Source: an uncultured Nitrosopumilales archaeon (lineage in GTDB: Archaea; Thermoproteota; Nitrososphaeria; Nitrososphaerales; Gagatemarchaeaceae). Taken from it: a stretch of DNA of 32,000 nucleotides. Below are positions 8,560 through 16,200 of the stretch, piece after piece. Numbering within the stretch: position 1 is the first letter of the stretch; each line of letters begins with the position of its first letter. The notes below the pieces were generated by a model. It did not search any database. It saw only the letters and a list, made by a program, of their open reading frames with translations, and had not been told where the DNA came from. Location: positions 690,861-722,860 of the forward strand of contig CAZMON010000001.1 in the NCBI GenBank assembly GCA_964568185.1, read 5' to 3'. The translations under genes were made by a program, and so were the position numbers.

Positions 8560-8850
8560 GAGGAGTCCAATCCTAGTTAGTCCCAGAGGATGTTGTTGAT
8601 TTGCGGTTGCCAGGATTTCCGCCCGCGTTGGGGAAAGTCCTCGTGGTCGAATTGGATTCGAACCCATTCAGGCGCGGACACAGGCCGGGCAAGCCCGGCC
8701 GACCTCACCATCCCCATCATCTGCTCTACCCCAAATCTAATGAGACACGCGTGTTATTGACCACGCCACGACCGATTCAGCTTGTCCAACACCGTCAAAG
8801 ACCCCGTGTTTCACGCTCAACCAGTCAGACGAGGCTTTCAGACTCCCGTG
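8560..8850 (+). ncRNA. rnpB: probable RNase P RNA (ends approximate)
   Basis: CR-I motif GGGGAAAGUCC at 8630-8640. CR-V-like CAGACGAGGCUUU at 8826-8838. Positions 8634-8643 pair with 8830-8838 as a 9-bp helix with a single bulged U (8638), the P4 geometry. There is a P1-like pairing 8562-8567/8841-8846 and GC-rich internal hairpins. Confidence 0.5.
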
Positions 8851-8861
8851 TCGTGGTAGCA

Positions 8862-11534
8862 ATGGGTAACAAGAAGGGCACATGGCTATCCGATGCTGGA
8901 AGATTGCAAAGACCAGCCTCACTCGCACTGATATCCCTTCTGGTGCTACCCGGTTTCCTGCAGACAGGCGTGTTGGGTACGCAGACCTCGGCGGTGGACA
9001 CATCCGGTGCGCTGGTGCCGTCGACCTCGAAGATCTGCAGGTCATATCACCAGACAGGTTTCGGAATCGACAAGGGAACGATAACCTATTGCTTCGCCCT
9101 GAACGGGGCAGTCTACTACTACGACGACTGGAGCCCGCAGACCAACTTCACGCTAAACCCGTTCACCGTCTCCCTTTCGTCGACTATCTTACCAATTGCC
9201 GTGACCCTCTGGCAAAACTCGACCACCGTGGCGTACAACCTGCAAGGAACCTCGACAGTTTCGGGCAAGTCGTACTCGGGCAACGTCTGGGTATATTACG
9301 TCCAACAGGCCTATGAGGAGCTCGTCATCGTCAGCGGGACGATTACTGGAACCACAGGGACCTTCAAGGTCAACTTCCCGTTCGGCGAGGGTTCAGGCCT
9401 GTCCTGGTGCGGGAGCGCGTGCTACAGCCTGTCGAAGGGCCACCTGGGGTTCGACTGGTCTGCCGACCACGAAGCCGCTTCATACAACAACGCCACAAAG
9501 ACGCTTGCTTTTACCGTGGGGAATTCGTTCTACATCGACCCCATGACGATTGACGGGATTGGGAGCTGCTCGGTCAATAACGCGGCACTTGATTGGTGCT
9601 CTTTCACTTTCTCTACTGTCAACGCCAACGACCTGTTGATCGAGGCCCAGGACGCTCCGACGTGTGGTGACACTACGTCGACCCCGACCCTCCCCGGGTA
9701 CGATCTTTGGCCCATAAGGAAGAGCATCGGGAGGCTGTGCACGCATTACGCGGTCAAACCTGCCTCGGGTTCGATAACTGTCAAGTGTTCTCTCGGCACG
9801 GCCACTGCGACGAAAGTCTGCATGGCTTTCGCATTGTCCGGAGCGAACACCGCATCTCCCTTCGATGGGGATGGATGCGTCCTCGGCAACAATCCGGTGC
9901 CCGTATCCTGCTCCTCGATGAACCCGATAATCACGACCAACGCCAACGACATGATTTTCGGGTTCATCGGATGCGAAGATGTCCTGGACTACCAGTTCTC
10001 CTGCACTCCCACCAAGGGGGGAAGCTACAACCTCGTCAACTTGAAGGTGCAGGGCAACTGTTCATCCCCAGGACAAACGGTCTGCGCGGCAGTAGGAGCC
10101 GAGAATCTGGAAGTCTTCTCAGCGGGGTCTTACTCCCCAGATTGGAGCTTCCAGCAGACGCTGGCTGACCACCCAATCTACGAGGTCATCGGGGATGCGG
10201 TGAGGAGCAGTAACTCCGTGGCGAAGTGGCAAGGCATAGTTTACACCGGTATCAGTCCACCTGATGTGACAATTGACGCAGGACCCAGATACGTAATGGA
10301 GATGGTAAAGACAAGTTGGAGGGTGTGGGACAAGAATTCTGGGACAGTGATGGAGAGCGGGAGCCTCGCATCCTTCTTTGGCACAGGGACCGACATTATA
10401 GGTGACCAGCGAATACTCTATGACCCTGTTAACAAGACTTGGTTCGCATCGGTATTGGACCAAACTGCAAATGGAGGAAAGGGTCAGGTGTGGTTAAAAA
10501 CCTCGAAATCTGACGATCCCAGGCCCCAGTCTGGACCCGGGTGGTATTCGCCATCCGTGAAACTTGACGAAACCCAATACAACTGTCTGGACCAGCCATC
10601 AATTGGCACCTCTGACGGCGTAGTGGTGATTTCGGCTTACGCGTTCTTATCGTGCCTCACAGGTGGACCCGGAGCCGCACGTGTCTGGGTCATCAAGAAA
10701 GCTGATCTCATGAGTGGCTCCAGCACCCCCCAGAAACAGTTGTTCAGCGGCCCCGATGGGGCAGGATACATGATAAGGGCCGCCAAGTCACTCAGTCCAA
10801 CCAAGACGCTCTACTTGATGAGAATAGGCAATCTAGGAAACGACAGGCACGGAGATTGCGATAGCTCTACACGCACAGGCTATATGTACACGGTGACAGG
10901 TGTTCCTCCATCTGCGGCTTTCAGTACTAACCCTCCGTCTATCGATCTGATGGAATGGATGTTCCCAGCCCCGTATGCTCAGCAGAACGGGACGAGCTGG
11001 GTGCTCGACACTGGCGGTTGTCAGCCCCAGAGCGTGACCTGGCGGAGTGGTTCTCTCTGGTTCGGGGTCGGCAGCAGATGCAGTTTCTACTCGACCCTCA
11101 ATTGCATTGGCTTGTACCAGATTCTGACCGCGAACAGCTACGTGGCCAGTCACAAGATGTATGGAGACAGCCTGGGCATTCAATCGTATTTCTATCCCGC
11201 CCTCCAGGTCGACCAGTCAGGGAACCTGGCTGTGATATTCGGGTATTCCTCTTCAGGAGACTATCCCGGGCTGAAGTTCACCTTCTGGAAGTTGGGGGAC
11301 CAGCTTACAGGCAGTCCACAGACCCCTACGTTACTGCAGGCTGGCTCAAGCTATTTCTACGTGAACACAGAAGCAGACCGGGCCTGTGATATTGGTTCAT
11401 ATTGCCGTTACGGCGACTATTTCGGTGCCGGAATGGACCCGAACGGCTACACGGTCTGGATAGCAGGGGAGTTCGCGAAGGATACGACACAGCATACCTG
11501 GTCTACCGAAATCGCCGCGGTGGTGTCTCCCTGA
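8862..11534 (+). CDS. large secreted cysteine-rich protein (hypothetical)
   Basis: The ATG at 8862 gives a signal-peptide-like N-terminus (MGNKKG...RPASLALISLLVLPGFL). 890 aa with 24 Cys and 6 N-x-S/T sequons. I recognise no family. Confidence 0.8.
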   Translation: MGNKKGTWLSDAGRLQRPASLALISLLVLPGFLQTGVLGTQTSAVDTSGALVPSTSKICRSYHQTGFGIDKGTITYCFALNGAVYYYDDWSPQTNFTLNPFTVSLSSTILPIAVTLWQNSTTVAYNLQGTSTVSGKSYSGNVWVYYVQQAYEELVIVSGTITGTTGTFKVNFPFGEGSGLSWCGSACYSLSKGHLGFDWSADHEAASYNNATKTLAFTVGNSFYIDPMTIDGIGSCSVNNAALDWCSFTFSTVNANDLLIEAQDAPTCGDTTSTPTLPGYDLWPIRKSIGRLCTHYAVKPASGSITVKCSLGTATATKVCMAFALSGANTASPFDGDGCVLGNNPVPVSCSSMNPIITTNANDMIFGFIGCEDVLDYQFSCTPTKGGSYNLVNLKVQGNCSSPGQTVCAAVGAENLEVFSAGSYSPDWSFQQTLADHPIYEVIGDAVRSSNSVAKWQGIVYTGISPPDVTIDAGPRYVMEMVKTSWRVWDKNSGTVMESGSLASFFGTGTDIIGDQRILYDPVNKTWFASVLDQTANGGKGQVWLKTSKSDDPRPQSGPGWYSPSVKLDETQYNCLDQPSIGTSDGVVVISAYAFLSCLTGGPGAARVWVIKKADLMSGSSTPQKQLFSGPDGAGYMIRAAKSLSPTKTLYLMRIGNLGNDRHGDCDSSTRTGYMYTVTGVPPSAAFSTNPPSIDLMEWMFPAPYAQQNGTSWVLDTGGCQPQSVTWRSGSLWFGVGSRCSFYSTLNCIGLYQILTANSYVASHKMYGDSLGIQSYFYPALQVDQSGNLAVIFGYSSSGDYPGLKFTFWKLGDQLTGSPQTPTLLQAGSSYFYVNTEADRACDIGSYCRYGDYFGAGMDPNGYTVWIAGEFAKDTTQHTWSTEIAAVVSP

Positions 11535-11554
11535 CTCACCTGTCAAAGCCGAAG

Positions 11555-12163
11555 TTGGCTGGCATCGTGACGGTTCTGATCATCGGTGCGGCCCTGTCCT
11601 CATACTACCTCGGTGTTTGGAACCGGTCGCCTGGAGGCTCGACATCCATAACAATAACAGAGGCGAAGGCCACTAGGAATGTCGCCTTCACCAGCACTCC
11701 ATCCTCTGTCGTACAGATAATCTCAGTGAAAGCACTTCTCTTCAGAATTCAGGCGAACGACACGTACACCAGGGCTCATTTCGAAAATGACACCTTGTGG
11801 AACATGACAATCGGCGACTACCGTCTTTATTTCAATATCACGTGGGCAAACACGTCCAACTCAACCGTACTATTCTTCCGGAGTTGCCGGCAGTACCCAT
11901 ACAACGTCAATGCGACGGTCCTGTCAACCTCGACTGCAGGAGTCCTCAAGATACCATACTCCGGACCCTGCTTCGAAACGGGAGGTCCGGGAATTGCCAT
12001 GCCAGGCAATGAAGTCTCTTCCTACTTTCCCCGACCAGACAGGCTTCTTGTTCTCACCTCAGGCGGGAACGTCGATGTGAGACTGAACCTGTTCTGGGCC
12101 ACATCTTTAGCCGCAATCAAGCCTAACCTATTCGTCAATATAACCGGGTCTTTCCGCGTCTGA
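11555..12163 (+). CDS. N-terminally anchored, sequon-dense extracellular protein (hypothetical)
   Basis: The TTG at 11555 gives the TM anchor AGIVTVLIIGAALSSYYL. There are 9 N-x-S/T sequons in about 200 aa. The upstream ATG at 11402 would overlap the previous gene by 133 nt with Arg-rich, non-coding-looking sequence. The start is uncertain. Confidence 0.5.
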   Translation: MAGIVTVLIIGAALSSYYLGVWNRSPGGSTSITITEAKATRNVAFTSTPSSVVQIISVKALLFRIQANDTYTRAHFENDTLWNMTIGDYRLYFNITWANTSNSTVLFFRSCRQYPYNVNATVLSTSTAGVLKIPYSGPCFETGGPGIAMPGNEVSSYFPRPDRLLVLTSGGNVDVRLNLFWATSLAAIKPNLFVNITGSFRV

Positions 12164-12428
12164 TTAATCGCTGCCGCAACATCAGTATACTGGCAGGTCC
12201 AGGTAGGATTCCACCTGATCAAGCTCCAGTTCACACACATCAAGTCTTGACAAGAATGTATTTGTTCTTCAATCACTGTCCAACACCACTAAAACTGCTA
12301 GGTCAAATCCGGCCGACCTTACTATCTTCTTGAGTAGCTTTTTGAGTTTGAACCCAATTTTGGTTGAAAACCACAGATGGGGCTTCGGCTTCCGCCCATA
12401 TTCTATGAGACAATCGAAGCAGGCGCCC

Positions 12429-12446
12429 CGAATCCAGGCCGGGCTA
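12429..12446 (+). repeat. att-like core, copy 2 (exact 18-nt duplicate of the tRNA-Gln 3' end)
   Basis: CGAATCCAGGCCGGGCTA is identical to 8507-8524 and in the same orientation. Identity stops sharply on the 5' side. Confidence 0.7.
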
Positions 12447-12662
12447 TCCATTGACTATGTCGATATCCCCACTTCTAGTGGGCAAGATGAGGGGCAGGAA
12501 GAAGGTCGACCACGACCTAAAAGAGCCCCAGGCCCGGAAAACAGTTCAGACTTCAGCAAGGGCTCAAGGAAGGGCCTCACAGAAGGACCGCCCTCTACAA
12601 CCTGGCTCGGTTCTGTGATCCCCATCTTCCTAGACTATAGTATCTGACGATTTAGATAAACA

Positions 12663-12682
12663 AAACTTGGTTAACAAAGTTT
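12663..12682. promoter_or_regulatory. 20-bp near-palindrome AAACTTgGTTAACaAAGTTT, candidate DtxR/MntR operator
   Basis: 18 of 20 positions are symmetric. It ends 35 nt upstream of the regulator ATG and overlaps an AT-rich TATA-like stretch. Confidence 0.4.
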
Positions 12683-12716
12683 AATCCATGACCTTTCCAA
12701 CACGATTACCCGAAAG

Positions 12717-13172
12717 ATGGCAGGGGTACAGAAGATGAAGAAAGAACGTAGCGAAAAGGAACAGAGTCCTCGTGTGGAAGACTACTTGGAGTCCATATAT
12801 CACCTAATTCATGAAAAGGGTTACGCCAATACAACGGATATCTCCCATAAGCTGAAAGTGAAAGCCCCGACTGTTTCAATTATGGTCGGTAAACTTGCAT
12901 CAAAAGGTTATCTCGAGTACGAACCTTACCGCGGAATGAATCTCACTGGGAAAGGTGAGAAAGTAGCACGTTCAGTGATAAATAGACATGCTGTAATTTA
13001 CGAGTTTCTGTCTATGATTGGTATCGAAGATGAGATTGCGCGTGAAGATACAGAAGGCATAGAGCATCACGTACAGCCAACAACGATCTACAGGTTACAA
13101 AGACTTGTAGTGTTTCTGAAAAACAAACCTGGTATCGTGAAATCGATTAGGGATTTCATAGAGGCACGCTAG
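12717..13172 (+). CDS. DtxR/MntR family metal-dependent transcriptional regulator
   Basis: EDYLESIYHLIHEKGYANTTDISHKLKVKAPTVSIMVGKLASKGYLEYEPYRG..LT.KGEKVA....RH....FL is the canonical DtxR N-terminal wHTH plus dimerisation helix. Confidence 0.9.
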   Translation: MAGVQKMKKERSEKEQSPRVEDYLESIYHLIHEKGYANTTDISHKLKVKAPTVSIMVGKLASKGYLEYEPYRGMNLTGKGEKVARSVINRHAVIYEFLSMIGIEDEIAREDTEGIEHHVQPTTIYRLQRLVVFLKNKPGIVKSIRDFIEAR

Positions 13173-13257
13173 AGGGATGGATGTGTCTTACTGGATTTGT
13201 AACATTCCGACACTCTTCGGTGATGCGTTATCCATCGCAAGAGTTGACAAAGGAGAT

Positions 13258-13518
13258 TCATCGACTGGAGAACCAGGAATGTATCGAATACAATGACCTG
13301 TGAACATGTTCTTCGACATTTCGAAGGGCTTCAATGACGAAGAGGAGTCTGGAGCAGAAAAAGACAAGCTCGGCGAGGCGTGACCAATAACCTCTGCTCG
13401 ATAGATCGATGATGTCGCGGCTAGAATCCAGACCTTCCTCGAAGGGCAGAAATTTTCGCGGTTTGAGTGTATTCATGTGGATTACCTTCGTTCGCTTGCC
13501 AATTTGTTGTCTGAGCAA
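13258..13518 (-). CDS. hypothetical protein (weak call)
   Basis: 86-aa ORF at the distal end of the minus-strand operon. I recognise no family. Confidence 0.3.
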   Translation of the reverse strand: MLRQQIGKRTKVIHMNTLKPRKFLPFEEGLDSSRDIIDLSSRGYWSRLAELVFFCSRLLFVIEALRNVEEHVHRSLYSIHSWFSSR

Positions 13519-13566
13519 GCATAACGGAATTAGGTCTGGCGATTCCGCTGCCCACGAGTCAGCATT

Positions 13567-13947
13567 TTAGTCCACTACCACAACCTCTCCTCTCATCCAT
13601 GGGTGTATGCTACAATGATAGCTGTAGGTCCCGATCTCATCGAACTTGAACGAAAATTCTCCCTGGGGCTGGATAAGCTGCGAGTCAAAAAGACCATTGG
13701 AGCCAGTGACAGTATGTACGGTTATCGCGTCATCATTGATCCAGTTCACGGTCGTACCTCTCTTCACCTCTATTCGAGCAGGAGAAAATGAGTACGCTGG
13801 CACATTAGTGCCGTCATAGTTGACAGTCCCTGCCGCTCCTTCTATATCCACAGCCACGGCAATCTGACTCGAGATTGTGTAGATTGCCGAGGCACCTGCC
13901 ACCGCCGCTACAAGCAGAGTAAAGGAAATTGCAATGCTCTTATTCAA
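13567..13947 (-). CDS. cupredoxin (plastocyanin/halocyanin-like type-1 blue copper protein), membrane-anchored or secreted
   Basis: Hydrophobic N-terminus. Type-1 Cu ligand pattern: H in TVHTV, then YHCSIHPWMRG (C-x2-H-x2-M). Confidence 0.85.
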   Translation of the reverse strand: MNKSIAISFTLLVAAVAGASAIYTISSQIAVAVDIEGAAGTVNYDGTNVPAYSFSPARIEVKRGTTVNWINDDAITVHTVTGSNGLFDSQLIQPQGEFSFKFDEIGTYSYHCSIHPWMRGEVVVVD

Positions 13948-13956
13948 CTTAATTCA

Positions 13957-14883
13957 CTATGCACTAACAAGAAGGCCGGTGAGATATATCACCAGCATTC
14001 CCAGTGTGAGCCCGGAGACCACCCGCAAGTCACCCAGGAGAGAGGCAAAACCTCTAGATTCGGCCATGTACCGAAGGACCACGAAAACCACTTGGAAGAT
14101 TGCACCTGCACCTACTGCCAGAAAGAGAGACGCCCAGAGGTTTGAAAAGCTGAAACCTCCTATCAGCGCTCCTGGAATTGTGGGAACTCCAGCAATCAGC
14201 CCGATTGCTACAATATGCTTTATGGACGTCTTCCCTGACGATAATGGAGACACTATGGCTATTCCTTCTGTAGTATTGTGGATCATGAAACCAATTATGA
14301 GGAATGCCCCAAGTGCAATTTCACCTACAGCATAGGAGGCTCCTACCGCAAGCCCCTCCCCGAAGTTATGCAGGCCAATTCCCAAGGAGATGAGGTACGC
14401 TAGAGCGAGCCCCCCACGCGCAACTCCACTCTTTGATGAGATAGACGACCCTCCTATTGCCATCAGGCTGATGAAGCTGGCCAATAGGCCGATGACTACC
14501 AAGAGAGTGCCGTTAAACCCGGCAGGAGCCTCTGCTGATGTCTGCAGCGCTTCCTTGATCGAATCTACTCCGAGCAGAACCAGAAGGCCTACAGTGAAGC
14601 TGAGGAAGAAATCAAACCACTTCGCGCTTAGAGATCTGAGGATAGGATACCAGCCTAATCCCAGGAAAACCGGCAGGACGCCGATGTAGATACCTATCAG
14701 CACAAAGATAGAGACAAGTTGGAGGCTGAACTCCGGGGTGAGAACAGCGACGGCAATCTCGCGTTCGAACTTGACACCGTTCGAGGTAATAACCGTGAGC
14801 TTTACTGGCTCCTGTTCTACCCAGGGGTATTGTATGCTCAAAGTAGCCTTACCCAGCCTGGGAATTACATTGCTTGGAGACAT
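13957..14883 (-). CDS. ZIP family metal permease (annotated from first ATG; coding-like frame continues to 15132)
   Basis: ZIP signatures GLHNFGEGLAVG and HNTTEGIAI. The upstream in-frame 83 codons encode a TM helix plus a beta-rich domain but contain no ATG/GTG/TTG. Confidence 0.8.
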   Translation of the reverse strand: MSPSNVIPRLGKATLSIQYPWVEQEPVKLTVITSNGVKFEREIAVAVLTPEFSLQLVSIFVLIGIYIGVLPVFLGLGWYPILRSLSAKWFDFFLSFTVGLLVLLGVDSIKEALQTSAEAPAGFNGTLLVVIGLLASFISLMAIGGSSISSKSGVARGGLALAYLISLGIGLHNFGEGLAVGASYAVGEIALGAFLIIGFMIHNTTEGIAIVSPLSSGKTSIKHIVAIGLIAGVPTIPGALIGGFSFSNLWASLFLAVGAGAIFQVVFVVLRYMAESRGFASLLGDLRVVSGLTLGMLVIYLTGLLVSA

Positions 14884-15145
14884 CGTGCCACCCCAGATTG
14901 CATTGTTAACCTGAAGCTGTGCTATCTCGACGTCCGTAGCACCACTATTTACAAGGTTGGCAGTAATTTCACCCGGTCGGAGTGATATCCTCTCTATGTC
15001 AATTTTCTCAACCGGAACTGACGAACCTGGAACCTGGAGTAAGAGCCCTGACTGGAAGGAGTAAATCAGCAGAACGAGTATGACTATTGGAAGGACTGCT
15101 CCGACCGTCCGAGTGAGTTTGGATAAAGCATTTCACCGGTGGAAC

Positions 15146-16165
15146 TCATTCACTGACTTGTATTATCCCTGTCCACCCCAGCTCAGCGAATTCGCTCTGG
15201 TGCGCGTGGAAGAGATATCGCCCCGGATACTTGTATGAGAACTCGAGTATGCCCCTTTGCCCTTGACAAAGCATCACAGTGTCCGTGTACTCGGTAGGGG
15301 TTAGGATCGTCCCATTGGGATAATACCGGAACATGTTCGCGTGTAAGTGCAAAGAATTTATCTGGTCGAACTCCGTCATGTTGACAAGATAGATTCTGAC
15401 CGGTTCATTGACATTGATTTGAATCGGATAGTCAGTATAATAGTTCGCTATACCATTTACCGTGTAGAATTCGTTCTCACCATCGAAATCGACATCAAAA
15501 CCGTTCATCACCATGACCATTTCTTTGGCGGCCGGGCGGGGCGTCTTCGGATCGACTATCAAGGTGCCGTAGAGTCCTTTGCTTATGTGCTTGGTCAGGG
15601 GCATGACATGGCAGTGGTACGGGAAGACGCCGAAGGGTTCGGCTGTGAATTCGTAAACGTACTCTTGGCCAGGTTCTACGATCTCAAAGACGCCGTCCAT
15701 CCTTGCAGGGTGTATTCCATGAAGATGGATCGTGTGTGGATGTGCATCACCATTGCGGAATCTCATCCTTACCGTCTCTCCTTCTACGCATCTGAGCGTC
15801 GGGCCGGGAACGGTACCGTTCAGGGTCCAGGCGGGGAACTTGACGCCAGAAGCCACCTCTAAGAGGCTCGGATACGTAACTAGGCTGAACTCCCTAGCTC
15901 TGTCACCATTTTCAAGTGTGACCAATTTGCCTCGGTCAAAGTTTGTCAGGAAGGTCATAGGATCCATAACGTTGGGGCTCTGATATTGAGGCGCTTTGAC
16001 TCCTACTACGTGGCCTGCATGAACTCCGTGTGGCGGAGTAGCACCGATAGGAACTGACGATTCAGCATTCACGGCTTGATTTTTCAAAGTCCCCATAACA
16101 GCAAGCCCGGTCGCTATTCCTGCGACCCCCGCCGCTTTGAGGAAATCACGCCTACTCTTATTCAT
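15146..16165 (-). CDS. Tat-secreted two-domain multicopper oxidase (NirK-related fold)
   Basis: Twin-arginine signal SRRDFLKAAG. Copper motifs HPHTIHLHG, YHCHVMPLTKHISKGL, LHLH and FHAH. Confidence 0.85.
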   Translation of the reverse strand: MNKSRRDFLKAAGVAGIATGLAVMGTLKNQAVNAESSVPIGATPPHGVHAGHVVGVKAPQYQSPNVMDPMTFLTNFDRGKLVTLENGDRAREFSLVTYPSLLEVASGVKFPAWTLNGTVPGPTLRCVEGETVRMRFRNGDAHPHTIHLHGIHPARMDGVFEIVEPGQEYVYEFTAEPFGVFPYHCHVMPLTKHISKGLYGTLIVDPKTPRPAAKEMVMVMNGFDVDFDGENEFYTVNGIANYYTDYPIQINVNEPVRIYLVNMTEFDQINSLHLHANMFRYYPNGTILTPTEYTDTVMLCQGQRGILEFSYKYPGRYLFHAHQSEFAELGWTGIIQVSE

Positions 16166-16188
16166 GAGTGTTCGAGAAGTGTTATCCG

Positions 16189-16196
16189 AATATAAA
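16189..16196 (-). promoter_or_regulatory. TATA box (TTTATATT on minus strand) of the oxidase-ZIP-cupredoxin operon
   Basis: Centred about 28 nt upstream of the ATG at 16165. This implies a leaderless transcript. Confidence 0.35.
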
Positions 16197-16200
16197 TGTT

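Noticed and set aside
8649-8672. The minus strand reads GAATGGGTTCGAATCCAATTC, a canonical-looking tRNA T-arm (GGTTCGAATCC). This suggested a second tRNA or tRNA fragment antisense to the spacer.
   Set aside because: I found no acceptor stem, D arm or 7-nt anticodon loop around it, even allowing for an intron, and the T stem would contain a G.A mismatch. The hairpin is better explained as an internal helix of the plus-strand RNase P RNA candidate.
8601-8861. N-terminal 87-codon extension of the 977-aa ORF (track start at 8601).
   Set aside because: The extension is Arg/Pro/His-rich, non-coding-looking sequence that overlaps the structured RNA region. The ATG at 8862 gives a proper signal peptide.
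11402-11554. ATG at 11402 as the start of the sequon-rich protein, giving a 133-nt overlap with the upstream gene.
   Set aside because: The overlapped part translates to Arg-rich sequence (MPLRRLFRCRNGPER...) with no signal or anchor character. The TM anchor begins right after the TTG at 11555. The start remains uncertain.
12269-12647. ORFs 12269-12451 (minus) and 12330-12647 (plus) reading through att copy 2. I considered them as halves of an SSV-type integrase split by integration.
   Set aside because: I recognise no tyrosine-recombinase motifs (R..H..R..Y boxes), and both have biased, low-complexity composition. I cannot support a call without a profile search.
13258-13518. Possible integrase or transposase remnant. 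The stretch SRLLFVIEALRN vaguely recalls the TGLRxSE box I of tyrosine recombinases.
   Set aside because: The spacing does not fit the motif and no other boxes are present. I kept it only as a low-confidence hypothetical CDS.
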